Origin: Marsupella aquatica
Taxonomy: Eukaryota > Plantae > Marchantiophyta
Reading direction: 5' to 3'
DNA length: 64,000 nucleotides
Assembly: GCA_973895155.1 (NCBI GenBank)
Contig: OZ316895.1
Location: forward strand, 22,146,558-22,210,557
Part shown: positions 1 to 13,499 of the stretch, one piece after another
Layout: every line of letters begins with the position of its first letter
Numbering within the stretch: the stretch's first letter is position 1
Program-made: the position numbers and the translations under genes
The notes under the pieces: generated by a model
The model's input: only the letters and a program-made list of their open reading frames with translations
Told to the model about the DNA's origin: nothing
Databases searched by the model: none

Positions 1-3000
1 GATTCCTGATGTTCTTGGTACATACGAGCATCCTGAACGTTCGCCCATGTCCGAATCCAGGAGGACTAATTTTATATTCAGAAACTGACAAAATTGTGTC
101 CATAACCAAATCAGAGTCCAAATTGAATCTGATTATAGAATGCCAAGAGGCAAAGGTATTAGCCTACATTGCAAATCCCACACCACCCAAGCAGTAGTGT
201 GGACAAACGTTAGTCATGCATGTCCTACATGTCAAGCGTTTTCCTAGCCTCGTAGAAAGAGAGGACTTGCTCTACATGCGAATGGTGGTGACTCGGGAAA
301 GGACTTCTAGCGCATACTTTGTCTCCTCTGCAAGTGCGGACCATTTCCTGAAAGGCTGAAACTCAAGTAGCTCACTTCTGAACTACAGTAGCTCTGTTTC
401 TAAACAGCTGAAATCCTGTCCGACATATTTGCTAGAATCTTCTAATGATCTGTAGCTTTTTGTTGCTCGAGCAAACCAAGGACAAGTTAAACATCCATGA
501 TGCATCTACTGAACTACCGTAGTTTTTATGACTTCAAATTGTATAAGCCAAACAGTGAAAGCTCGTTGATGGAAAGTCATCAATTGAGACAGTATGTTGG
601 AGTGATTGGAGTTTTCCGTTTGTTGATGTGTTTACTTCTTTCATTTCAAACCTATGGATAACAAGTATTCAATCAAAATAGCTGGAGCACTGAAGACTTG
701 GAATGCACATAATGAGATTTAACGGTTTGAGAATCTACGGAGGAAAACTGTCACCCTTAGACACCCAGAATTGGTTTTCGTGGGTGGAATCAGGTGTATC
801 AACTTCATGCTGTTTTGTGTTTTGAGTCCAAAGGTTCAAGATCATTCTACGAACTGAAACTTGATTCACTAAGCCTGGACGTATAGGTGGAGATATCCTC
901 CACTAGCTTGCAATTTCTCCAAGAAAATAAACCATAAAAATCAGTTAGTAACACGGATGAAGAAACATTGTGCCTGGATAGGAAAATCCCCGGCCTCTGT
1001 AAAAGGTTTCCAGGAACCTCCACCATCTGTGATTCTGTCTGCTCCAACTCGTTTGTAAGTTGCTCTTTGTGAGGAACAACTCTGGCTCCAACTCGTTTGC
1101 AAGCTGCTCTCTGTGAGGAACAATTGCTGAAGCGAACAAGTGGGTGATTGTAATGTGGTATTCAAGAATTCTTTCAACCTGATTTTAAAAGTTGTAAGCC
1201 TACTCGGATAACAGGACCTAGTAAAGTAAAGCAGAGACGCAAAACATCCGTCATCATCCCCAGAGAATTTATTTCCTAACCTTGTTTTTTCCTGCTCCTC
1301 GTAAGAATCTGTCTCGTCGACAGTCTTAGCTTTTCATCTACATACTTCATTTCTACAGAAAGGTTTACTTACGTAAAAAATTATAACGGTGCAGAACCAC
1401 TGCTCAGGAGTGACAACTTGCCAGCATTGAGAGCCGAACTATATTGGAATCTCTTCCAGTGGTCCCAATGTAGAAAACTATAATTTCAAATTGTCTGATA
1501 AACAAAAATGAAGACACTCAAGTCGACCACTATAAGGCCCTTTGTATATCATTCAAAATCTGTTCGAATATTCACCTTACCACTGAAAACCCAGAGTAAG
1601 TGAGATATGCAGGTCTCATGTGAGTGGCAGCGGCTGCGTGGACAGACAAAGCTCCGCGATGACTGATTGGTCTTGAACTCAGACTACAACAAAGGAATTG
1701 AAACAGGGTAAAAGAGAAGAACGTATCCACTGTCGGCAAGGGCGGGTCAGTGCGGGCCGTTAGAAAGAGCTCAGAATTCCAGCTTCGCAGCATATCAACA
1801 AGTCTCGCTGGTCCACCAGTAAGGTTCCAGCCTTCCTGTCTGTGCAAGGTCCAGGCCAGAGCTGAGCACGAACCAAAATCAAGCTCTCAGCCAAGGTCGG
1901 AGCTAGAACAGGCGCGACAGCTGCGTGGGAGACCACGTGATGCTCAGTGCTCTCCGCGCAAACTGACTCAGGGGAAGTGGGTAAAAGAGGGGGTGGTGGA
2001 AGAGAATTCGAATGAGGAGAAATGACGCCAGGACTTCCTTGCATACTCCATTGCAAATTGAAATGAATATGACAAATGAGTAAACAGATCGAAATGGGAC
2101 TGGCTGGAAGAGATTGAGAATTGTACCTCAACAGGATTGAGGATTGAAGCCTGCACTGAATCCCGATCCACCTGTACAAATTTCTCACCTAAACAATACT
2201 CACTGAACGACGACGGCTTGGGAAAGCTGCTGTAGAGTGTCGACACCGTGGAAATTACCGTTGTAGCTCCCCTGCAAAACTTTGCCCACCAAATCCTGAA
2301 TCACCGACTTCAGAACTAAGTGGACAGGGCAGTGCTGTACAACATTGCACCCACTTTCACCGTACTAGAAGGTGTAAACAACTGGAATCAGAGTGGAGGT
2401 TGCTCAGACAATGCGAGAGAATGGGCTAAAGGAAGTTTCTGAGCTCTGGAGCACAATTATGTTCTGTACAACATTTCGATTTCCGGTACCGAAAGTCGAG
2501 AACTCAGTGTACTTGCAGTGACAGTTCGAAACTCGACACCTCACATTACTTTGGCTTTATTAGTGTTTGGCGTTTGTCCGCTTTGGACCTCAGTGGTTTC
2601 CCTCCATCGGACTTTGTTTTGGCCACGTTTTGTAATTATGACCACTTTCTTCTTTAGGAGGATCGAACCAGAACGACAAATAGGATCTCAAGAATCTGTA
2701 GATCTTCCTCAGGAAGAATCTTTAGATCTTAGGGACTTAGGGTGGTGCGGGTCTATCAGTAGAGCTCTCTAGAGTAGAAAATTCTCGTTCCCGGCTTCCC
2801 CCCTGACTTCTACGGAAGAGGACTTTTGGGAAGGTTTTATTGTGACAGAATCGAACCGAGTTCATCAGAGGCAACTTGGGACGCAGAATCTTCACAGCCT
2901 ACTCTGGCTACTCATAGACAGATGTACCGCGTTTGGAGGACAAAATTATGATGAGCTCAGCAGCTGGGGGTTGCAGCAAAGGACCAATTGCAGTGAGCTT

Positions 3001-6000
3001 ATGTTCGGTCACAGGTAATCCGAGGACGGGCGATCACGTACCACTTGGTATGGCAAGGCACCACACCGCAGCGAATCGCCGGGGAAAAAATCACCCAACG
3101 CCATGCAGTAGCTGTGACCGATCTCTCTCGTCTCTCCGTCTCTCTCTCCAGTCCCCACCTCACTTTAGTGGTTGGCTCTTGCGAAGCTGCGCCCCGAGCA
3201 GTGCTCATAAATTGACGGCGGGTATTGTAAACATCTGGACTGTGCATTCATTCACGTGACTATGAATCGAAGGATAACTGTTTTGGAGTGAATACGTACT
3301 CGACTGGTAATCTAGTTCACCAAACCACGAATGAGAGAAATTCTTTTTAATCGACCCATTTTGTTGGGAGGTGTCGAGAGAGCACAGTGCAGTTTTCAAT
3401 TTCTCAGGATTCACGAGTCGAGTTTCAATTTCTAAGGATTCACGGGTGACCGGGAGCTCGTTGAGCGATTTCGCATTTATTGCTTAGGGTCATTCATGTT
3501 GTGTGTGATTCAGGAAGAAAGGCAACCTCGACTCTCATTTATGAACCTGAAGCAATCTGCGTCTGAATGTGGAACACTCTGTCGCAACGCTCGAAGTAAG
3601 TATGTCATTTTTTTTAACGTGTCAAAAGCTATGGAAGAGGGCTAACTTGAAGAGTCTCGAGCAGTCACACAAGACATGAACTATGTCATTTTTTGTCCAA
3701 GTGTCAAAAGATGTGTGTGACCCCGCTTTTGGGTGGGATGAGAATGAACTCATAGACCAAACAGGTTTTGATTCTTGCACCTGGCCTGGCCCACTCATGT
3801 GGTCGGTCATTGACCCATGGTCTGGTCGATCTCTCATGTCGAGTGTTTATTTCCTGAGAAGGAATGCAGATTATGGGTGTGTAACCATGCACATTAGGGG
3901 TCTGTAACTATTTTTGGAAGTACCCGCCATTCCCAAAAATCTCTTGTCCAAAAGGAACCTTTTTCACACTAATTTCTTATTATTTTAATAATGGAGGCCT
4001 GGGCAGGGTTCCAGCCTGAACCCTTGCTCCAAGAAGCTCAGAGAATTTCCCTCAATTTGCCTATCAGGTTTTCCCTCACTTTTCCTCACTTTCTAGCCAC
4101 AGGGTTACGGGCTAATAACCCCATACCAACCCCATACCAGACCGCCATGAGCCTGTACATTTCTAAGGTAGGGCAATGGGAACAAAGGCCTTCCAGACTT
4201 GATTAGCCTAGAAGTTGTCTCTGGTCCTAAATTTGTTTGTGTGCTCCCTGTGTACCATAATCCTACTAGGCATATGAGGTTGTTTGGAGAAAACGGGTAG
4301 GAAATTAAACTCCAGGCACTACAATCTGGGCTAGGGGGGGGGGGGGACCTTACTTGATTGTTTGCTCCAATCACAAGACTAATCAGTCTCTATATATGAG
4401 GGGGAGCTACTTGCAAAAGATATATGTAACACTGTGCCAAAGAAAAAAATAGTCAAACCAAGACACATGATACCAAAGGCAAAAGACCCAATAAGGTGGA
4501 ATAGACTACAACACAGGTCTTCCTTTCACCAAGGCAAAGGAACAGTGTGGGTTAGGGCAAACTCCCGGGGGCTTCAGTAAACATTAATCCAATAAGACTT
4601 ATATAATCACAACCAAAAGCTACTCTTCAAGGCTTCCTGTCTAGAGTGAAGGTACTAACTATAGTTGTGACTCTTGGGACATAATTGAAATGGGGGGTGC
4701 GGGTGAAAACGAAAGATTTGGGGCAGGATGAGCCTCTGAAACAACGCAGCATAAGAAGCCAATTGAACATGAATTGGTGCACGGCAGTCGACCATAGTAG
4801 CGGGTAATAATTCAAGCCAACCACGAGTAATACTTCAACGACCAACCTCGATGGCTCAACGAGAGGCGATGGATTCAATTCACACCAAACTGTAGCTGTG
4901 TAGCAAGAGGCTGACGAAAATATAATATAATAATGACACCTGACATTGATTCACACCAAAGTGTAAATGTTCCAAGAGGCTGACGGAAATAATAATGATA
5001 CACGACATTGATTCACACCAAAGTGTTTCCAAGGCCCAAGGGGCTGCTGAGGAAGCTCATGATAAACCTTGATGAGAGCGCAGCGGGATGTCATTTCGGA
5101 CCCAGAAACAAAAGGAATGTCCGGTCCGGTCCACCTGGCGGCGGGGCTGCGACACCGTCTGCACCGGAGAATCATTCCCGTGCGTCAGGATCCACTCCCT
5201 CTCAAAGCCCACGTTCGTACGGACGAGATTCGGTCATATCCCTCTCTCTCTCTGACTCTCCGTCCGTCAGTTTTCTGCATTTTGCTGTCTTCGCAAAGAC
5301 GGTCAGAACTCCCGTCCGCTCATTCGTTCGATCGCCCGACTCTTGTGGCCTAAGATTGTGGCCTAAGATGAATTCTCAGCCTCTCGCTCTGGGCCCACCG
5401 CCCCCCCCCCCCCTCCATCCCGCGGGCAAAATGACCCACACCGTCCGTCGATTCGCGCATTTTAGTCCGTCCGTCCGTTCCTACAGAGCGGGGTTGGTGG
5501 GCCCGCCGTTTCGGTCGACATCAGTGCTCACACCCGCCAAGTGCGTCGTTTGTCCGGGGCGTTGTCTGTATCGCATGAGTAAAATTATTTGCCACTTTGC
5601 AGTTTTGCACGTGGACCCTGAGGTTCGGACACCACTACACCAGTGTCTTGTTCCTTGTGTGGGCTGGCCTTGGTCATTTTTGTGTCTAGACAATAGCACA
5701 TCAAAAATTTGGGCTGGCAATGGTTATCTTTGCTCACATCAAAATTTATACATATTCAGAACACCATTCAATGATTTTTTAAAAATATTTATATTTATTA
5801 TGATATGAAGCAAAATGACACAATATACTATAAATTGTCACATTTGAGATACAGTTACCAGGACGTGCCAGTGAGGTGTATATGGTAAAGTTATGCTCAA
5901 AGCCCGTGTGGGATATAATTCACCAAAAAACGTTCAATTGAATATTGAGCTCATTCAATTTGACGGTGCATTCTTGTCCAATGATGCCACACCCCCCCCC

Positions 6001-8786
6001 CCGCGGGCCGGTTATTATTGCCCATATCCCCTGGTAACATGCACTAATGCACTTCATTCTTCAAAGATTCTTCAGCGCCACTATTTTTTATTCTGTTTCT
6101 CCTTCTACACACTTGAAGACACACAAATTTCATGCATTTTATCTTCTTTACCAACAGACAAGTACGGGACAAATCTTAAGGGGTCACCAAGAGACAAGTA
6201 CAGGACAAACATTGAAGTACATCTGATGGGAATTCCCCTCCATACACGAAAAACATACACAAAGAAAATTCCTGGAGGAATCAATGTTTTCTCGTTCTGG
6301 CCAAGCTGGTATTCTTTGGGTATAACTAGCCCCTGCCATCCCCATCCTTACTATCAAACATAATCTACATATCAAATTTCTCGTTTTGCTGAGCAATTTG
6401 CACCTATGGCTTCACTCTATGAAGCAGGTCCTAATGGTAGATTTCACTAGTGAAATATTATATGTACAACATAAGATAAGATCATAACCTTTTTTGGAGT
6501 CCCGTAACTGCGCTCTCTCCAGGTGCTGTTTTGTCCCTGCACTACTTGGGCTTGTACTCCACCCACAGTGGTTAGTAAATGTTTGCTTCCAAAGCAGAAG
6601 CTGAGAATATCAAATGGCCTGGCATATTTTGTTCCCACAAGCAACTAAGACTTTTCAATGAGATGGGGTTTGGCAAACTTTTGCCACGAAACATGTTGCT
6701 GCTGGCTACTTTGGGAACCTCACCCAGTAAAAGGTTCAGGTGTACTTATGGGTGCTTTACAAGAAGGTGGGGGCCTTTCAGTCTCTCTTCATCCAGAGCA
6801 AAGTTGATGGCCATTTCTTTCCATAAAAGTTAAAATGCCTGAGCCAAAATGTGTCAAGTTGAAAATAATCAATGCAATTCCCTGAAACTAAGTGACCGTT
6901 TGCTCCAGGTTTTTAGATCACCTCAAGAATGAATGGCTAGGATTGTATCTCTCACTTAGAACCGGCCACACTTCACTTTCCTCCCACATATGAATAGTTA
7001 GGATTGCATCTTTCACTTAGAAAAAAATAAAATTGCTGTCCCCAAGTCCTTGTAAAGTCACCCTTAATCTACCTTTCTAAAATCACTTTTGGTACCTCTT
7101 TCAGCATATTGTTTTTAATTTATTTTGGAAAACTGGGAGCTTTTATTAAACACCATGTGTGAAGTACACAAACAAGTGCAGGAAGAAGCGACAGAGAATT
7201 TAATGGACGATCCCAATTATAAATTTTAACCTGAAGAAGAGCAGAGAGGTCAGGTGAGCAAAACACACTACTGTAGATGACACAGTCAGGTCCGAGTACG
7301 ACAAGTACAGAAGGTACATAAAAGTACTGTACCTACATTATAGGCCTTTCAACTTTTCCAGTTTCGACTGTTAGGACCTTTCTATTTCACAGGTGTTAAT
7401 GCAATTGAAAACAGGAGCAAGGTGCACCACACCCAAACTAATGTCACTAATAAAGCTGATGCAAAGCAAGGATTCACAACCTAGGATTTAGAGTCAAGAC
7501 CATGACTATAGCGGGCACAGCCAGAGTTGAGGTTGGTTGTTATCGCACCAGTCCACCCAGCCCTAGGCCAGCTGACTAGAGTACTACATTCACAACTTCA
7601 TATGTAATTGACAACCATTGGATGTGAAGGGGATAACCAATGAACAAAAATAGTGGCATTGTGATAAACAGAACAAAACAATGGCAATGTTAGTACTGTG
7701 CCCCAAAAGAGTGACAATCTGGTCATTCCCTGGTTGATGAAATTTTAGGCAAGGAATGCTGGAGAAGGTGCTCCAACACCAAGACAAATTCAATGACTGA
7801 AGCTTGATGTGAAGAAAGGATTCATGGACAATAGTTTAGAGTGAAGCTGTACACCGTGACTTTCGGTGCACCATCAGAGTGTAGGTTGGGGTGTGAAATG
7901 AGTGGATTGACGCAAGCATAGACCTCCCCCACTACTTACATTCAAAGTGTGAGTGGTCGGGCTACCGGTAGTAGTGAGCATTAATTTAGAATACCAACAC
8001 CACACTTTGTGGGTGCAGTCAAAGTTGAGGGTGGGGATGTGAGGTGAATGGACGCAGCATAGAGGCCCCGCCTCTACTTATGTTCAAAGAATAAGTAGTG
8101 AGTTAATAAGCATTTTGATTTTTGGTTGATAGAACTATATTTGAATACAATGTACAGCTGACTTTCGATTTGATTCCTTGTTGGGTTTTCAAAATAACAA
8201 TCCATAGTTGTGTGAATTTGACTTCTAGTGTGGAGGAAAACTATGGGCGGGCTGAGTTTCAGCTGACCATGGCTACTACTTGCAATAAACTAAAAGAAGC
8301 TTGTTGTCAAACTTTGCATTTACTCCTTAAAGAAAGCAAACCTAGTAACCTTTGGAGACGCACTAAAAAAGCTCAAGACGACAATATTTGGCACATTGGG
8401 ATGGTTTTTCAGGGCATTTCTGGCAAACCCCCAAAACAAGATTCCATTGGATACCAAGGGAGATATTATATGTCAAAGTTAGCTACTCAACAACTTTCAG
8501 AAGTGTGTCATGCGGGTGTGTATGGTGGTCAATGCATGTTGCCATACTCTCTGCATGCCTACTAGTGGACACTGGGGATGGAATAGTCATCAGAAACTCA
8601 CAACTCTATCAATTCTTTGTGAAAATGAGATAAATTTGACTGGTCTATCTTTTCAAACTGCTTCTACCTAGCCAATTCCAATCGCTTTCAAGGGAAATAC
8701 TAAAGGGTAGAGAGAGAGAGAAGGTGTAAAAGGTGTCAGAGTCTAGGGGGTTGCATGGTTAATGGGCTGGGTCCATGGGAGCATTA

Positions 8787-9054
8787 TCTATCTGTATCTA
8801 TGTAAATTCAATTCCATATCTACAACAATAATAAGGGATCCCGTTTTCATATTTTGTCCCAATATAAAAAAAGCTCTTGGGCAAGAAAGATCCACAACCG
8901 TTGGATTCGTTTGGCTGTATTCTTTGACCATTGATGGAGAAAATGGGCACCCTTGGTGCATATGTGCTTCCCCACACTGCCCCATAAATGCCCTGGCTCG
9001 ACTTCCTATGGGCCGGCCCTCCTTGCGCCGTGCAACACACGGGCATAGGGCTGG
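8787..9054 (+). mobile_element. Small non-autonomous Helitron
   Basis: Candidate 5' end A|TCTATCTGTATCTAT at 8787 (alternative A|TCTACAACAATAATAAG at 8819). The 3' end has hairpin CCGTG-caaca-CACGG (9028-9042), then GCATAGGG and CTGG|T (CTRR at 9051-9054). Insertion between A and T with no TSD, as expected for Helitrons. Confidence 0.65.
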
Positions 9055-9597
9055 TATATTATAACTTGCAATCAAAGTCTAGCTAACTTTCATAACCTTC
9101 TCCGAAGCGTGAAGCCATACGTCCGTCCTACTTCCTTTGGTTACAACAAATATTGGTTGAATATGTTTGTGAATAGAGGGGGGCATGGGCAGATTTTGAT
9201 CCTTAGATTAGGCAGGTGAGTATGGACAGTACGGGGAGCCCTTTCTATCACTCCTTTTTATTCATATGCATGGTTATCCGAGCTACTTTTAAATAAAGGA
9301 GTCGTTTGACTAGTTGAATTTACTTAAGAGAGGCTGAGTGGGATTGGTGGAAGGTTGGAGATCCGGAGCTCCATGCCATGCTGCTGTGTCTGGCCCACTG
9401 GACTTGGGGGAGCAGCTAGAGTTGAGGTAGAGGTGTGACGGGATAATTTACATCTCACATCTACTTTTGTTCAAACGAACGAAAGGCCTGGCTAGTAAAG
9501 AGAATTGAATATAATAAGCTCTCCCCGGCTCACCAAACAGCCCCACGATCAGGTAGTTCAGTACAGACATGGATTGCAAATGGGGTGACAAGCTTCC

Positions 9598-9870
9598 CAC
9601 CCGTCCAGCCATTCACCTCACCAAAGGCTGACGAGTCTCTACACTTGCTGAGTCAAATACATTTGATCAAGAAATGGAAAGCTGCCATTCACACTCACCA
9701 AAGGCTGAAGAGTCTCGACACTTGCTGAGTCGAGTACATTTGATCAAGAATGGGAAAGCTTTGCGAATGGGCCTACTACAAGCTTCCCCACCTGTCCAGC
9801 CTTTCACTCTCACCAAGACTGAAGTGTCTCTACACTTGCCGGTATTGAGACATTTGATCAAGACTGGGAA
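9598..9870. repeat. Degenerate tandem repeat, ~3 copies of a 70-110 bp unit
   Basis: Recurring GCCATTCAC..TCACCAAAGGCTGA.GAGTCTC.ACACTTGCTGAGTC...ACATTTGATCAAGA at ~9607, ~9684 and ~9799. Confidence 0.7.
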
Positions 9871-12800
9871 GGCTGAACTGTTTTGGCAAGGTGTGGCCTT
9901 CTTGATTGTGAAGTGCAAGACTGTCCACCTCCTAATAATGGCTACCACAAGAACAGGGTGCCTAGACTAGGGCATAGTGAGGTTTCTGAAACGGGGCATG
10001 CAGGCTGGTCCCGCTTTAGTCACTCCCAGCCAGGCTCTATAAGTGGACCGTTGGGAGTCTCTAAGAACCTAAGAAAGGGGGCCCAGGCTGGTTGAGATTA
10101 ATCAGATTGGACCCCCGAGCTTCATGCCATACTGCTGTGTGTAGCCCACCGTACCCACAATCATGGGAAGCGGGAGAGGACAGAGAGAATCGACCTGTAG
10201 CTGGCCTATATGACCATTCAGGCCGACGGAAGAGGTCCTAGCCTAGGACTCCTAGGCCATGCTTGACACTGTGGGAGTAGTTTTTTAATGGGGGCTGCTG
10301 CAATGCCATTAATTTATGTCCTTTCAGCTCCAGTCCAAGCTCTGGCTGCCGCTCGTTCATTCCGTCGTTTGTACGAAACGAGAGGCTGAGGAAAGCTGCT
10401 TTCGAGGGAAAGGAGCTCTGTTGAATGAAAGAAACTACTGTAGTTCGTCGAAAGGAGATGCTGGACACTGTGGGAAGCTTCGGCCATGCCATGCCATTAA
10501 TTAATATGATTATGCCGTTCGTTGCCGTCGCAGATATGAAAAGAAGAGAGATAAACTTCCCTCAAAAGGAGTAGTGCTGAATGAAAAGAAACGAGCGGGT
10601 TGGGAGAGTCCAGTAGTTATTTGAGGGGAGATCGTTGTTTCTATAGTCGTGTGAAGCATGGTGCAGGTGGGCGATTTTGCTAATTCGATTCGCGGTTTCT
10701 GTAGGGCCATGCTAGACAGAACCTCACAACCTCTGCCTCACACATTGCCCATGACGTAGTGCCACTTTGTCTAGATGGTGGAGGTTGCTTGGGTCTTGGT
10801 CCACGCCCCTGTTTGTCTCGTTCTAGGACAGGAGCGTGAGTAGGACTTCTCGTCTAGCCAAAGTTTGGAAATCAACTGGGAGCTAAACTTATTCTCTCTT
10901 TTCCTTGGGAAATAGATTATGTCACAAAACGTTTGATACATGCATGTGAGACCGTTTTATTTCCCTAAATGTTAAGGCGCCCCATTGAGATCTGCTGAAC
11001 AATCCTCTTGGGGAGCTTTACAGGGGATAGTGGTGACTTTTCTCCACCAATGCAAAGTGGAGGGTCGCTAGTTCCTCTAAAGATAGAATCAAGACCAAAA
11101 TCCCTTTCAAAGGAAGTTCAGGGGGACTCAAATATAGCCTGCAGGTCCTACGATAGACCATGTCTAGGTTCGGCCAAAAAGTGTGCAGCACAGCCACTGC
11201 TTAGCCCACACACTCAAATTGGGGAATTTTTCTTTTCCCGATGGCCAGTCCCCCTCAACCCCACCACAGCCTGGTTGCTGAGAGACTGAAAAAAAACCAA
11301 CTCAGAACATATTGAAGTCATCAACAGGTCATGTCATAGGCGGATGCCCTATCCAGCCGAAGAGAACAATGTAAAAATATTTGAGACCCCTCATAAACAC
11401 AAATCCCTTCCATGAAATAGCCACAGTTTGAAAATCAACTCGAGCTAAATTTATTCTCTCCTTTCAGTGGGAGTAGTAGATTTTATGTCATAAAACATTT
11501 GATTCATGCCTGTGATTTGACCATTGTATTTCACTGAATTTAAGGGGCCCATTAAAATAACCTTGTAGGGTGGCTTTAGGAGAAGCCAGGGAACTACCTG
11601 TAGTGAATGTTTTTCAGCATAGCAAGCGTGAGGGTCACTTTTTGTTAGGAAGATATTCCAGACCAAAAATGTTTTGAAATTAACTCAATAGATCCAATCC
11701 TTTGAACGAAGGAGCCAAGGTTTGGAAATAGTCTCTCAAGGTGGTCTACCATCCTAAACTATAATACACAGTTGCGCCAAAAAATGGCATGGTCGTCATT
11801 CAAATTTGGAGTGTCCTTTTGGGTGAGAATAATTGAAACCTGTAAATATGGAACCAATAAGGGGGAAAATAAAAGGAACGTGAGAAAACCTGGTATAGGG
11901 CTTGGTGTGCACAAAACAAGTACACAAAGATGCACAAGACAGGTACTATTGTACCTTCAGGTATTGCATATGAGCTCATTACTCTTAGGAGCCCCAGGTA
12001 CAAGGTACAAAGGGGATAGAGGTCCTATAAAAGGAGGTACAATTGTACCATCAGAGTACAACTTTTAAGAGAGAGGGAAGAGGACTCAAATTTCCTTTTG
12101 GAGTTTGGAGCTCTCTATTCCAAGCCTATGTGAGTTTATAAGGGCTCCAGGCATTTAATGAGTACTTTTAAGCAACAACAATTACCCAATGGCAAGAAGA
12201 GGGAGTGTGAAGAGGAGCAATACCCATTACCCAATAGCTAGAAGAGGGAGAGCGATGAGGGAGAGTGAAGAGGAAGGGATGATGACTCCTGAGACTACCC
12301 TGGCCCTGGCCTCATCCAAACAACGTAGTTTTTAGGTGCAAACTTTTGCCAAATTCCACCTCCCCAAAATATGTTCACCACTTTTTCCGTCACTTTTGCC
12401 AAAAAATTGCTAGATTCTTTGCATACCATTGGCCACTCTCCCACCAAATCATGGACCCATTTGCCAAAATCTAACCGTTGTACGTCAATCTAGGGATATC
12501 TGATGAAGAAGATATAATTCAAGAAAAATTGTTGAAGAATACTCCTAGCATTTCCTTCCTTTGAGAGGCTGACATTTGTCACACTGGCCAAAAACAAAAA
12601 AATTATGTTGTAAAAAATGCTAGACCCAACATCCCGGGGTGGAATGAAACCCGAGACCCCAAGGTCCCATCCCCAACCTAACTCAATCTTGCCCCGGGTT
12701 CCAACTCCCCAACAACCCCTCAGTTGTTGTTATGTCTTGCCACTTTGTTTAGCACAGGAAGAGGCATGGGTTGGGGGCCAAAATATCTGGACCAAAGTTG

Positions 12801-12948
12801 GTCCGGGGGTGGCAGGTCCTCCAATGTTGGAAAGTGTTGCAAACCACACCACCACCCTAGGGGGGCATGGTATTGGCGAGTAAGGAGCCAAGTAAACTTG
12901 GATGAGGTTACCAAAGGGGTTCCATGGAAGGGGTAGGCAAATTGTTTT

Positions 12949-13430
12949 GTTGAAAAGTGGGCTGAGTCGTACCGTTGCCCCAAGGGAAATTGGCATTGGG
13001 GCGGCCACAGCCAAGTAAGCGGCCATGGTCAACTTTAAGCAAACTAAGCTTAAAGTAACCAAAAAAATTGGGGTTACTGATGGGGTTCCAAGATATATGC
13101 AAGGGCAGTTGAAAAGTCAGCCAAGCTGCTCCGTTACCCGAGGGGGTCTTGACATTGGGGCGGCCAATGCCAATTAAGCTATTGCGGCGACTTTAAGTAA
13201 GAACTCTAAGGTAGCCAAAACTTTGGGCCTAATGGGGTTCTAAGATGCAAGGGGTAGTGAAGAGTTGTTGAAAAGTCAGCCAAGCCGTGTCATTATCCCA
13301 AGGGGTCTTGGCATCCCGCTCGGCATTGGGGCGGCCAAAGCCAAGTAAGCAGCCATGGTAACTTTAAGTAAAAAGCTTAAAGTAACAAAAACTTTGGGGT
13401 TATCAATGGGGCTTCAGGATGCAAGGGGTG
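12949..13430. repeat. Tandem repeat, 3 copies of a ~160-bp unit
   Basis: Each copy runs GTTGAAAAGT... CATTGGGGCGGCCA... ACTTTAAG... ATGGGG...GATGCAAGGG; copies start at ~12949, ~13108 and ~13268. Confidence 0.8.
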
Positions 13431-13499
13431 GCAAAAAAAGTGGCAACAACTTAACAACTTTTTTTACTTAACATGGTTTACTAGCAATATTTTCAATTG

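Noticed and set aside
5008-5808. 266-aa ORF
   Set aside because: Non-ATG start, begins inside a tandem repeat, crosses a C homopolymer and low-complexity GC-rich DNA, and has no recognisable domain.
6000-8650. Scattered exon-like fragments and short ORFs
   Set aside because: No consistent frame or recognisable motif; probably decayed TE or gene debris.
10860-11730. ~240-bp degenerate direct repeat (~10860 vs ~11425), with related sequence near 17720-18110
   Set aside because: Real but old dispersed-repeat debris; termini and family could not be defined.
11841-12180. Possible solo LTR (TG start, CCTATAAAAGG)
   Set aside because: No TSD, terminal inverted repeat or second copy found.
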